A stretch of 64,000 nt of DNA, taken from the NCBI RefSeq assembly GCF_038871235.1, contig NZ_JAVZIN010000004.1, forward strand, positions 47,534 to 111,533. Direction: 5' to 3'. Below the pieces are notes generated by a model. The model worked only from the letters and a program-made list of their open reading frames with translations. It searched no databases and was not told where the DNA came from. This stretch comes from Candidatus Hadarchaeum sp. Its GTDB lineage: Archaea > Hadarchaeota > Hadarchaeia > Hadarchaeales > Hadarchaeaceae. Position numbers and translations under genes: made by a program. Positions 18,894-28,323 of this stretch are shown in pieces (position 1 is the stretch's first letter; each line of letters begins with the position of its first letter).

Positions 18894-19808
18894 ATGCTGG
18901 AGCAAATTTCCACTTTCACTGATAGCCGCCTGAAAGCGAGTCGGAGGCTTATGCTGGCTTTCCTATTAACCGCTTCGGTGTTTGTAGCCGAGGTGATTGG
19001 TGGAATTCTGAGCAACAGCCTTTCACTGATCGGTGACGCCGGGCACATGTTGGTGGACTCGGTAGCCTTAGCTGTTGGCGTGAGTGCTTTCAAGCTTGCG
19101 ATGAGACCGGCAACCAAGAGAAAAACTTACGGTTATTATCGGCTGGAGATCCTAGCTGCTCTTTTTAATGGCTTATTGTTGTTTATCGTTGCGTTTTATA
19201 TCTTTTCAGAGGCCTACAGAAGATTTACGACCCCCGCCGAAGTGAGGGCACCCCTGATGTTGGCAGTCGCCGTAGCTGGTTTGGCGGTAAATTTTTTATC
19301 ACTAGGTATTCTTTGGAAGGTGAGAAAAGAAAATCTGAATGTGAAGGGTACCTTTTCCCACGTTTTCTCCGACACCATTTCTTCGGTTGGGGTCATCGCC
19401 GCGGCGGTGATAATTTATTTCAGCCAATTGTTCATAGTTGATGCCTTAATAGGGATCTTGATCGGTGGAATAATACTAAGAAGTGCCGTCGCCTTGATCA
19501 GTGAGTCAGGCCGTGTTCTTTTAGAAGCTGTCCCTGAGGGTATTGACCCCGATAGAGTGGTAGAAAAGATAAAAAAGATCGACGGTGTTCAGGATGTTCA
19601 TGATTTGCATATCTGGTCGATAAGTTCAGGTATTAACTCATTGAGTGGGCATATTGTCATAGATGACCAAAAGCTGAGTAAAGCGGAGGAAATCTTAAGA
19701 CAAGTAGACAAACTGCTTAAGGAAAATTTTAGCATAATCCACACAACGATTCAGCTAGAGTGCAAAGCTTGTCAGGAACCGTTTGTTTGTTCCCTCGGAG
19801 GAAAATGA
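18894..19808 (+). CDS. czcD: CDF-family Zn/Co/Cd efflux transporter
   Basis: DAGHMLVD, TYGYYRLEILAA, HVFSD, VHDLHIW, HTTIQLE. Confidence 0.9.
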   Translation: MLEQISTFTDSRLKASRRLMLAFLLTASVFVAEVIGGILSNSLSLIGDAGHMLVDSVALAVGVSAFKLAMRPATKRKTYGYYRLEILAALFNGLLLFIVAFYIFSEAYRRFTTPAEVRAPLMLAVAVAGLAVNFLSLGILWKVRKENLNVKGTFSHVFSDTISSVGVIAAAVIIYFSQLFIVDALIGILIGGIILRSAVALISESGRVLLEAVPEGIDPDRVVEKIKKIDGVQDVHDLHIWSISSGINSLSGHIVIDDQKLSKAEEILRQVDKLLKENFSIIHTTIQLECKACQEPFVCSLGGK

Positions 19809-19894
19809 AAAAGGTACCTATTAAACCCATTTGCATCATTTTACCAGAGTTTAGGTTGTGTATGCGGGTGTAGCTTTCAGCAGATCATCCTGAG

Positions 19895-20107
19895 CTATGC
19901 AAGCGCGTGAATAACATTGAACTCATACCACTTCAGCTCCAGATTTTTGGCGTGCCTCAACAATTCCTTGCCCGCGTCTGAATGTTTTTCTAGGGCGAAT
20001 CGTTGGGGATTTTCTGAAGTTACACATACAACCGCCATATCCTTCTGGATTCCGGCGGAACATCCACGTGAATAAGACACATTATGTATTGTGTGCACAC
20101 GTGTGCA
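19895..20107 (-). pseudogene. Degenerate copy of the palindrome-headed small ORF element at 60870-61168
   Basis: Shares TGCACACGTGTGCACACA and GGCGGTTnTAnGTGnAACTTCAGAnAATCC with the 60.9 kb copy; contains stop/indels. Confidence 0.7.
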
Positions 20108-20188
20108 GTGCTGACTTTGCCCGCTGTGGCATCTGGGCCGTGGCTCCAATCAGATCGGCCCGCTACTTACCAAAAAAGAAGGATATTT

Positions 20189-21136
20189 TCACAGCTTATT
20201 AGCTAAAGTGGCGCCGAATTTTTCCACTACTTTTTTTGCCAGCTGTGCTCCGAGGGTTCCAGATTCTTTGATGGACTTACCCCTGCTGAGACCGAACAAG
20301 ACTCCAGCCGCGTAGAAGTCACCGGCCCCTGTCGTATCCACGACATTTGCAGGTAGAGCCGGCACATGGAACTCTTCCTCCTTTGTGAATATCGATGAAC
20401 CCCTTTCTCCTTTCTTCAGACAAACGATGTCTATCTCTTTAGCCAGTTCTTTAGCGGCTTTTTCATCACTTGACCCCGTTAGTGCTTTGAGTTCTTCCTC
20501 ATTCGTGAACAGCACATCGGCGCGGGTGAGTATTCTCCACAAACGATCTTTCTTTTTTTCCACCAAGGGCGGGCTCTCGAGCGAGATTGATATTCGAACT
20601 TCGTTTCCCTCGGCCACATCCATTGCGTCTCGAGCGCTTCTGGAGATGGCACCATCGGCAAAAAGAGTAATTGAAGTTAGATAAAGAAAAGCTGAATTTT
20701 TTATTCCTGTGACCGGCAACCCGCCGTAGTCCTTGCCATTACCCAAGTCAACGGCAAAGGTTCTTTGGCCGTCCCGTGTGATAAGGGCAATTATCTTCCC
20801 GGTTCTGCCCGGTCCTTTCTCAAGAAAAGAGGCTATTTTTTGTTTTCGCAGGGATTCTTCAAAGATTTTACCCTCAGCATCTTCAGCGACTCTTCCAGCG
20901 TAGGCGGACCTACCTCCAAGATGGACTACCCCCTCACAGGTGTTGCGGGCATTATCCCCAGGAAAGCGGGCGAATATTGAGTCGGCCAGCCTTACTTGAA
21001 TTTCATCAAGCCTTTCCCGCGAGACAAAATTGGATGCCCCTTTGATTAGGCCATTTTTCTCCAGAAAACTGTCCGTGGTTCTGCAGAAATGATCCACTAG
21101 GGCGGTGCCGATTCCAAAGACATCATACTTGGGCAT
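20189..21136 (-). CDS. PfkB-family carbohydrate/nucleoside (adenosine-like) kinase
   Basis: GIGTALVD, DGQRTF, TNEEE, DTTGAGDFYAAG. Confidence 0.88.
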   Translation of the reverse strand: MPKYDVFGIGTALVDHFCRTTDSFLEKNGLIKGASNFVSRERLDEIQVRLADSIFARFPGDNARNTCEGVVHLGGRSAYAGRVAEDAEGKIFEESLRKQKIASFLEKGPGRTGKIIALITRDGQRTFAVDLGNGKDYGGLPVTGIKNSAFLYLTSITLFADGAISRSARDAMDVAEGNEVRISISLESPPLVEKKKDRLWRILTRADVLFTNEEELKALTGSSDEKAAKELAKEIDIVCLKKGERGSSIFTKEEEFHVPALPANVVDTTGAGDFYAAGVLFGLSRGKSIKESGTLGAQLAKKVVEKFGATLANKL

Positions 21137-21146
21137 AGTTATTACC

Positions 21147-21656
21147 TTAATATGGCCTGTCCTTCAGCTTGAGCTTATGTCCGATGAAATTCGTCGCTAG
21201 GTGTATCGGCGGCGTTATTATCAGGATGATTAAAATTATCTCCCATGAGGGCACGGATACTAGGCTGGCGAACAATAATGCCAGGACAACAAAACTGAGC
21301 TGGTCAAGGACAGGTGCGGCAGACCCTCTTTCTAAGTTAACTCTTCTTTTGATGAAGCTGCCTAGAAGATCTCCCACCAGTGCACCTAAGGCAAGCAGGA
21401 AACCAAGCGCTGAGTATAGGTGAAGCTGACCGGTGGCTAATCCCTGCAAAACACCGAGGACAAAGCCCGCGGCGAGTCCGGAAATGAAACCACGTATTGT
21501 TTTTCCCGGTCCAAAGATGGGACGCCCATCGATGAAAGTATGCCCACCGTCGATAGGTTTCCCGCCGCCGAGGACAACCGGTGTGGCGTTGGCGACATAG
21601 GCCGGCAGAATAAACCAGATTGCCGCTACAATAAGTTGAATCAACTCCACGCACAC
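21147..21656 (-). CDS. carS: CDP-archaeol synthase
   Basis: PAYVANATP, PIDGG, GKTIRG, GDLLGSFIKRR, LDQLSF, HLATN. Confidence 0.93.
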   Translation of the reverse strand: MCVELIQLIVAAIWFILPAYVANATPVVLGGGKPIDGGHTFIDGRPIFGPGKTIRGFISGLAAGFVLGVLQGLATGQLHLYSALGFLLALGALVGDLLGSFIKRRVNLERGSAAPVLDQLSFVVLALLFASLVSVPSWEIILIILIITPPIHLATNFIGHKLKLKDRPY

Positions 21657-21657
21657 A

Positions 21658-22407
21658 TTAGGTCACCTTTGAGTCCTTCCAGAGGTATTCAAAATATTCC
21701 TTGGCAAACTTGGCCAAGCCGATTTCATTCGACCATATTCCTAACAGTTCATTTCCGCTTCCTAGGATGAGCAGCACCTCTTGTCCATCCACGACGACAC
21801 CACCACCGAAGAGGTTTTCCCTTTTCCTGATTTCTAACTTTCGCGGCAGCTCCAAGCTGCGGAGATTAAGCTTCTTTGACGCCAAGATCCTGACGGGAAT
21901 TTGTTTTGCTTCCAAGAGTGAGAGATAAGATTTCAGGCCGGATATCTCCTGAGGCACGTTCGGTAGCGAGAGCAGGACTTCAATCCCGGCGCGGGTAAGC
22001 ATCTCTCCAATTTTGGTGAGGATATTTTTTTCACCACGAATCACCCAGACATCTGGTCGCTTTACCTCGGCTCTTCTTGAATAAAGCGGTTCAAGTTCCT
22101 TCAATAGCGCCTCTCCAGCCTCTTTGAGCCTTTTCTCCTCCTCAGTCTTCACGATTTTCACCACTTCAGCCGGATCCCTGGAGCGGTATCGGCTAGGTCT
22201 GCCAGCTTGGGCTTCTACCCATCCACGCGCCTCAAGCCTGGATAGAATGTCGTAAATTCTTGAGTAGGGGACGTTTGCCAGTTTGCTCAGTTCACCAGCG
22301 GTTGAAGGACCATTTGAAACTAAGGCACAGTAAACTCTCGCCTCATATTCGGTCAGGCCGAACTCACGCAGGAGCCGGTGAGCCTTCTCCATAGCACCAC
22401 TTTTCAT
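21658..22407 (-). CDS. TrmB-family transcriptional regulator
   Basis: FGLTEYEARVYCALV...VPYSRIYDILSRLEARGWV wHTH, coiled linker, effector-type C-domain; start trimmed to ATG 22407. Confidence 0.92.
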   Translation of the reverse strand: MKSGAMEKAHRLLREFGLTEYEARVYCALVSNGPSTAGELSKLANVPYSRIYDILSRLEARGWVEAQAGRPSRYRSRDPAEVVKIVKTEEEKRLKEAGEALLKELEPLYSRRAEVKRPDVWVIRGEKNILTKIGEMLTRAGIEVLLSLPNVPQEISGLKSYLSLLEAKQIPVRILASKKLNLRSLELPRKLEIRKRENLFGGGVVVDGQEVLLILGSGNELLGIWSNEIGLAKFAKEYFEYLWKDSKVT

Positions 22408-22427
22408 ATTGAGAGAAGTTTGGCAAT

Positions 22428-22455
22428 GCTTAAAAGTTACCCCTTTTAGTGGTAA
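22428..22455. promoter_or_regulatory. TATA-like box plus imperfect inverted repeat TTACCcCTTTTAGtGGTAA between divergent trmB and tes
   Basis: CTTAAAA followed directly by an inverted repeat at 22437-22455 (7 of 8 pairs). Confidence 0.5.
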
Positions 22456-22459
22456 ATTG

Positions 22460-24061
22460 ATGGCCATGAAGGAATTGGCAAAGACCGGGTCCGTCTGCCC
22501 GCAGTGTTTGAGAATTCTTCCCGCGCAGATCATTGAGCGCGATGGAAAAGTTTGGATCAAGAAGGAATGTCCGGAGCACGGTGTTTTTGAGGACCTCTAC
22601 TTTGGCTCTTATGAGTGGTATCGGCGAGCCCAGATCTTTGCCCGCGACGGCAGAGGGGTGCTGAATCCACAGGTTACCAAGGAAAACCCTGTTTGTCCTT
22701 CTGACTGTGGTTTGTGTAAGATGCACATGAGCCATACCGCTTTGGCGAACATTGTACTCACTAATCGTTGTGATCTTTCCTGCTGGTACTGCTTTTTTTA
22801 TTCAGGCAGGGTGGGCTATGTTTACGAGCCCACTTTTGGTGAGATAGAAGAAATGGTTAAAACCCTGAAGTCGGAGCAACCGGTGCCGTGCAACGCAGTT
22901 CAGCTCACCGGGGGAGAGCCTTGTCTTAGGGAGGACCTAGTGGATATCATAAAGATGGTCAAGTCATATGGTGTGGATCACGTTCAGCTGAACACAAACG
23001 GCATCAGGCTGGCGTTAGACCCGGACCTCGTTGAAAAAGTTCGGGCGGCTGGTGTCAACACCCTTTATCTTAGCTTCGATGGAGTTACTGAGAAGACTAA
23101 TCCCAAGAATCACTGGGAGGTTCCCCAGCTCATAGAGAACTGTAGAAAGGTTGGCATGGGTATTGTTCTGGTGCCCACGGTGATAAAATCTGTAAACGAC
23201 CATGAAGTTGGTGACATCTTAAAGTTCGGGTTCAAGAACATTGACATCATCCGCAGCGTGAATTACCAGCCAGTTTCTCTTGTGGGCAAGATGCCACGTG
23301 AGGAGCGCGAGCGCTACCGCATCACCATTCCTGATGTCATAAAGAATATTGAGGAGCAGACCGATGGAATTCTTAAGATGGATGATTTCTTCCCTGTTCC
23401 GACCGCGTTGATGATAAGCGATTTCGTCGAGGCCCTGACGAAAAAGCCAATGTACCAGATGAGCAGCCATTTTGCCTGCGGTGCTGCCACCTATGTTTTC
23501 AACGATAACGGCAAGATGCTGCCGCTGACTCATTTTATTGATGTCCAGGGCCTGCTTGAATACTTGGCTGAGAAGTCGGAGGAACTTCGTGCCGGAAAGA
23601 GCAAACTGCTAGTTGGGGCCAAATTGCTTTATAGCATCGGGAAGTTCGTTGATAAAAAGAAGAAACCGAAGGGTCTGGATATCGACCGCATAATATTCAA
23701 CGCGTTAATAAAACACGAGTACAACGCGATAGGTCAGTTTCACATGAAATCTCTTTTCATCGGGATGATGCACTTTATGGATCTCTATAATTACGATATT
23801 GAGCGGGTCAAGAGATGCTGCATCCATTACGCGATGAACGACAATCGGATTATTCCCTTTTGCGCCTTCAACGTCATTCCGGAGTGGTACCGGGACAAGA
23901 ACCAGGCGGCGCAGGGTATCTCGTTTGAGGAGTGGGAGAGAAAGACAGGAAGACCGCTGAAACAGGACCTTTATAAGCGCGATGCGGAAAAATTAAAGGC
24001 ATCTGAGGCTTACAAGAAGTTTGTTTGGCAGGTGGAGGAGATAAAGTCCGGCAAGTTTTGA
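22460..24061 (+). CDS. tes: Tetraether lipid synthase (radical SAM, MJ0619-like)
   Basis: N-terminal CPQC...CPEHG, CPSDCGLC..H, CDLSCWYC radical SAM motif, HFACG, C-terminal RCCIHY...PFCAFN. Confidence 0.92.
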   Translation: MAMKELAKTGSVCPQCLRILPAQIIERDGKVWIKKECPEHGVFEDLYFGSYEWYRRAQIFARDGRGVLNPQVTKENPVCPSDCGLCKMHMSHTALANIVLTNRCDLSCWYCFFYSGRVGYVYEPTFGEIEEMVKTLKSEQPVPCNAVQLTGGEPCLREDLVDIIKMVKSYGVDHVQLNTNGIRLALDPDLVEKVRAAGVNTLYLSFDGVTEKTNPKNHWEVPQLIENCRKVGMGIVLVPTVIKSVNDHEVGDILKFGFKNIDIIRSVNYQPVSLVGKMPREERERYRITIPDVIKNIEEQTDGILKMDDFFPVPTALMISDFVEALTKKPMYQMSSHFACGAATYVFNDNGKMLPLTHFIDVQGLLEYLAEKSEELRAGKSKLLVGAKLLYSIGKFVDKKKKPKGLDIDRIIFNALIKHEYNAIGQFHMKSLFIGMMHFMDLYNYDIERVKRCCIHYAMNDNRIIPFCAFNVIPEWYRDKNQAAQGISFEEWERKTGRPLKQDLYKRDAEKLKASEAYKKFVWQVEEIKSGKF

Positions 24062-24134
24062 AAGGGCAAGGTTTTTATATTCTAAAATTTTCTCATTATA
24101 GTAGCGTAATTGAATAATTAATGGGAGGGATTTT

Positions 24135-25793
24135 ATGGCGAGTCAGTTAGGAGGACAACCAATACTCATTCTGCCGGAAAAAGTTCAGCGGTACCTGGGC
24201 CGAGATGCCCAGCGTATGAACATAATGGCCGCGAGGGTCATAGCGGAGTCGGTCCGCACGACCTTGGGCCCACGCGGAATGGATAAGATGTTGGTTGATA
24301 ACTTGGGTGACGTCACCATAACTAACGACGGCGTCACCATTCTTGAGGAAATGGATGTTGAGCACCCGGCCGCAAAGATGATGGTCGAGGTCTCAAAGGC
24401 ACAAGAGGACGAGGTCGGAGATGGCACCACAACAGCGGTGGTGTTGGCCGGAGAGCTGTTGAAGAAGTCGGAGGAGCTACTTGAGCAGGATATCCATCCG
24501 ACGGTCATCGTCAGCGGCTACAGGCTGGCAGCCGAGCAGGCTCAGAAGATCCTGGAGAAGATGGCAACTCCTGTCTCCAAGGATGACGACAAGATTCTCA
24601 AGCAGATTGCCAAGACATCAATGAGCAGCAAGGGCTCGGAAATGCACGGCGATAAGCTGGCCGAACTCTGCGTGAAAGCAGTCAAACAGATAGTTGAGGA
24701 AGTCGACGGCAAAATTGAGGCGGACATCGATAACATCAAGGTTGAGAAGAAAACTGGGGGCAGCTCTGCCGACACTCAGCTGATCAAAGGAATAGTTCTC
24801 GACAAAGAGGTGGTTCACCCCGGCATGCCGAAGAGGGTGGAAAATGCCAAGATCGCTCTGCTGAACCTTGCTCTAGAAGTCAAAAAGACCGAGACGGATG
24901 CCAAGATTAACATTACTGACCCTGAGCAGCTCAAAAAGTTTATCGATGAGGAACAGCGCATGCTGAAGGAGATGGTTGACCAGATAAAGAGCGTCGGCGC
25001 CAACGTTGTCTTCTGCCAGAAGGGTATCGACGATGTGGCCCAGCACTACTTGGCTAAGGCCGGAATCTTGGCGGCTCGAAGGGTGAAGGAGTCCGATATG
25101 GAGAAGCTAGCCCGCGCCACCGGGGGCAACTGTGTGACTAACATCAAGGATCTCACCGTCAAGGACTTGGGCACAGCGGAGCTGGTGGAGGAGAGAAAGA
25201 TTGCAGGTGATGAGATGATTTTTGTTGAGGGCTGTAAGGATCCGAGATCAGTGAGCATTCTGGTTAGGGGTGGCACCGAGCACGTCGTCGATGAGGTCGA
25301 GCGGGCAGTACATGACGCGGTTTCAGTGGTTTCAGCGGCCATTGAGGACGGAAAGATAGTCGGTGGTGGCGGAGCCCCCGAGATAGAGGTGGCCAAAGGA
25401 CTTAGGGAGTATTCCGATTCCGTTGGCGGCCGCGAGGCTCTTGCGGTAAATGCTTTTGCCGATGCGATCGAGGTGATCCCAAGGACTTTGGCTGAAAACG
25501 CAGGGATGGATCCCATCGACATCTTGGTGCAACTTAGGGCAGCCCATGAGAAGAGCGATGGAAAGAATGTGGGTGTTGATGTCATCAGCGGCAAGGTCTT
25601 GAACACTCTCGAGAAGGGGATAGTGGAACCACTAAGGGTCAAGATCCAGGCAATCAAATCCGCAACTGAAGTCACCGAGATGATCCTTAGAATAGACGAC
25701 GTTATCGCCGCAGGAAAGCTGGAAAAAGAAGAGAAAGAAAAAGAGAAAGAGAAGGGAGCTGGCCCTGAGATGGGTGGCATGCCAGAGATGTAG
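24135..25793 (+). CDS. ths: Thermosome (group II chaperonin) subunit
   Basis: [27 protein letters not shown]-type tail. Confidence 0.97.
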   Translation: MASQLGGQPILILPEKVQRYLGRDAQRMNIMAARVIAESVRTTLGPRGMDKMLVDNLGDVTITNDGVTILEEMDVEHPAAKMMVEVSKAQEDEVGDGTTTAVVLAGELLKKSEELLEQDIHPTVIVSGYRLAAEQAQKILEKMATPVSKDDDKILKQIAKTSMSSKGSEMHGDKLAELCVKAVKQIVEEVDGKIEADIDNIKVEKKTGGSSADTQLIKGIVLDKEVVHPGMPKRVENAKIALLNLALEVKKTETDAKINITDPEQLKKFIDEEQRMLKEMVDQIKSVGANVVFCQKGIDDVAQHYLAKAGILAARRVKESDMEKLARATGGNCVTNIKDLTVKDLGTAELVEERKIAGDEMIFVEGCKDPRSVSILVRGGTEHVVDEVERAVHDAVSVVSAAIEDGKIVGGGGAPEIEVAKGLREYSDSVGGREALAVNAFADAIEVIPRTLAENAGMDPIDILVQLRAAHEKSDGKNVGVDVISGKVLNTLEKGIVEPLRVKIQAIKSATEVTEMILRIDDVIAAGKLEKEEKEKEKEKGAGPEMGGMPEM

Positions 25794-25804
25794 GGGGCCA
25801 TCCC

Positions 25805-26008
25805 ATTCTCCACAAAAAACACACTCGCTTTGAAAAGGCCCGCATTATTGGAGCTAGGGCGCTTCAGATACAGATGGGCGCCCCTGTTTTAGTTGAGTTG
25901 CCGAAGAACTTAGTTGACCCAATCGATATTGCCATGTATGAATACGAAAGGGATGCGATTCCGATTACGGTGGTGAGAAGGCTTCCTGGAGAGACCAGAG
26001 CTGCGTAA
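25805..26008 (+). CDS. rpoK: RNA polymerase subunit K (Rpo6); apparent ATT start; absent from ORF track
   Basis: [25 protein letters not shown]...[21 protein letters not shown]. Confidence 0.92.
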   Translation: MLHKKHTRFEKARIIGARALQIQMGAPVLVELPKNLVDPIDIAMYEYERDAIPITVVRRLPGETRAA

Positions 26009-26094
26009 TAATGATCCCTTTTTATTTCACAATTAACCAGTTTTTTACCAGTTTTGATTTTAAGTAATGAATGTGAGCTTTAATTGGTGCCAAG

Positions 26095-27123
26095 ATGGGA
26101 GTGCAGCTTGGCGATTTAGTTTCCCGGGAGAAGGTTGAACTGGAAAGCTTGAGCGGCAGGATAATTGCCATAGATGCCCTGAACTCCCTCTATCAATTCC
26201 TTTCCATAATCAGGCAGCGCGACGGCGAGCTGTTGCGGGACTCGAGAGGCCGCATAACCTCACATCTTTCTGGGATCTTCTACAGGACGGCCAATTTTGT
26301 CGAGGCCGGGATCAGACCAGTTTATGTCTTTGATGGAAAGCCACCGGCCCTGAAGCGTCTGACGGTCGAGCAGCGCCAGCTGGTGAGGCTGGAGGCAGAA
26401 AGCGAGTGGAAAAAGGCGCTGGAAGAGGGAAGGATACAGGATGCCAGAAAGTTCGCCCAGAGAGCGGGCCGTTTAGACACCGCCATGATAAAGCAGACGC
26501 AGGAGCTTTTGAGTTATATGGGGCTTCCTTGGGTGCAAGCTCCCGGTGAGGGTGAGGCTCAGGCGGCGCTCATGGTTCAACGTGGTGATGCTTGGGCAGC
26601 GGCAAGCCAGGATTTTGACAGTCTGCTCTTTGGTGCGCCAAGGCTGGTTCGGAACTTGGCCATCACGGGCAGGCGAAAGCTTCCAGGTAAGGATGCTTAT
26701 ACCGAGGTCTATCCTGAGATCATCGAGCTGGAAAAGGTCCTAGCGGAGCTTGGAATAACTCGGGAGCAGTTGGTCGACATTGGGATTTTGGTGGGGACGG
26801 ATTACAATGAAGGCATCAAGGGCATCGGACCTAAGAAAGCGCTGGAGCTGGTCAAAAAATATGGTTCGATGGTGGAGATTCTCAAGACTGAGCTGGGCAA
26901 AAAGTTTGAGGTTGACCCGCTTGAGGTCAGGGAAATTTTTCTAAGACCAGATGTTACTACCAACTATAGCTTGGTCTGGGGTGATCCCGATCCTGAGGCC
27001 ATTAAAAAATTCCTCTGTGATGAATATGATTTTTCTGAGGAGAGGGTGCGGTCGGGAATAGATAAGTTGACTAAGGGCAAGTTGGAGCGGGGACAGGCCA
27101 AGCTGGAGAAGTGGTTTAGCTAG
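26095..27123 (+). CDS. fen: Flap endonuclease 1
   Basis: MGVQLG, IDALNSLYQFL, EGEAQAA, SQDFDSLLFG, GTDYN, PIP box QAKLEKWF. Confidence 0.97.
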   Translation: MGVQLGDLVSREKVELESLSGRIIAIDALNSLYQFLSIIRQRDGELLRDSRGRITSHLSGIFYRTANFVEAGIRPVYVFDGKPPALKRLTVEQRQLVRLEAESEWKKALEEGRIQDARKFAQRAGRLDTAMIKQTQELLSYMGLPWVQAPGEGEAQAALMVQRGDAWAAASQDFDSLLFGAPRLVRNLAITGRRKLPGKDAYTEVYPEIIELEKVLAELGITREQLVDIGILVGTDYNEGIKGIGPKKALELVKKYGSMVEILKTELGKKFEVDPLEVREIFLRPDVTTNYSLVWGDPDPEAIKKFLCDEYDFSEERVRSGIDKLTKGKLERGQAKLEKWFS

Positions 27124-27779
27124 TCTTCCTTGTTCCAGCCGCATCTTCCAATGAGGGGCACGAAGGAGCAGCCACCGTGTTCGGTGATTGAGATTTCTCC
27201 CGACTCGGTTTTCTCTGCAATGGTCCAAGTTTGAAACATATAATCCCTACCCACCGGAGCACCCAATTTACCGCCGATCTTTAGCTGTTTTATCAGCGGC
27301 CTCGGCAACTCAGGGGCGCAGGCGGTTACCAAAATACGATCCCATGGGGCGCCCTCTTCGTAGCCAAGTGAGCCATCACCGATCACCACTTTCACCCAGC
27401 CGTACCCCGTTTTTTTCAGGTTTTCTTCGGCAAATTCCGCGAGTTCCTTGATTCTTTCCACGGTGACCACAACCCCCTTTTTTCCAACTACCTCGGCGAT
27501 AAGGGCAGCGTTGTATCCTGAGCCAGCGCCGATCTCCAGCACGCGCATTCCCAGGGACAGGTCCAGCGTTTCCATCATAATCGCTATCATGCTGGGGGCA
27601 GAGATGGTCTGGCCTTTTCCAATGGGCAGCGGTTGGTCATAATAAGCGTAGCTTCTTTCGCTGTCCGGTATGAACTCGTGTCGGGGTACCTTCCTGAAGG
27701 CAGCGATGACATTAGGTTTGGTCAGATAACCCCATTTAATCAACCTTTCGACTAATTCCTCTCTCTCCCGGTCCAACAT
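27120..27779 (-). CDS. pcm: Protein-L-isoaspartate O-methyltransferase
   Basis: VPRHEF, GQTISAP, LEIGAGSGYNAA, FVPLIG. Confidence 0.95.
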   Translation of the reverse strand: MLDREREELVERLIKWGYLTKPNVIAAFRKVPRHEFIPDSERSYAYYDQPLPIGKGQTISAPSMIAIMMETLDLSLGMRVLEIGAGSGYNAALIAEVVGKKGVVVTVERIKELAEFAEENLKKTGYGWVKVVIGDGSLGYEEGAPWDRILVTACAPELPRPLIKQLKIGGKLGAPVGRDYMFQTWTIAEKTESGEISITEHGGCSFVPLIGRCGWNKED

Positions 27780-27828
27780 TCGATCAAAGTAATATTTTTC
27801 CTTGCTTCTTAAATTAGGTCGTGGTCAG

Positions 27829-28254
27829 ATGAGATGGGTTCTCAAGGCGAGGGGCCATCCGATGGTGACCGCGAAGCACCGGACAACTTTTATGATCACC
27901 AAGGATGAAACGCTTGGCCCTAGGGGAGATTGTGTCATTGGGGTGCGCGCGGATAGATCCGCTGCGGAGCTGGATCTCAAGCTGAAGAGGCTGGCGATGC
28001 TAGGAGGGCCGGTTATCATCAGGCTCAGGGCCGGTGGGTTTTATGACGAGGTCAGAGCTTGGGGGCATCCGTTGTTGACCCTCAGCCATCCAACTGATAT
28101 TGTGGTGAGAAAGAGTCGGTTTATCTGCAGCCGGACTTTAGCGGTTGGTGCCAACAAGGCGGCCGCGGATCTGTCTAGAGAACTAGTGGCGTCTCTTCGC
28201 AAGCCAACGACCGAGTTAGAGATGGAGATAATCTTTAGCATTGGCCGCGTTTGA
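27829..28254 (+). CDS. DUF371-type conserved archaeal protein
   Basis: ARGHPMVTAKHRTT, GDCVIGV, VVRKS, ANKAAADL. Confidence 0.85.
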   Translation: MRWVLKARGHPMVTAKHRTTFMITKDETLGPRGDCVIGVRADRSAAELDLKLKRLAMLGGPVIIRLRAGGFYDEVRAWGHPLLTLSHPTDIVVRKSRFICSRTLAVGANKAAADLSRELVASLRKPTTELEMEIIFSIGRV

Positions 28255-28323
28255 TTTCCAGTTTCAACCCAGTTGAACCTTGGCAAGTAATATTTAAGTT
28301 ATTTCAGTTCGTTTTGTTGATGT

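Noticed and set aside
20930-20970. PGDNARN in place of the usual GG(S/A)xxN motif in the PfkB kinase
   Set aside because: The catalytic GAGD is intact, and the change cannot be tied to a new substrate from sequence alone.
25721-25756. GA-rich repeat at the thermosome 3' end
   Set aside because: Encodes a low-complexity EK tail before the usual GGM-type end.
25046-25822. Long antisense ORFs (here and at 4732-5511, 34713-35402, 39309-40031 and others)
   Set aside because: Shadow frames of well-supported genes on the opposite strand, with no motifs of their own.
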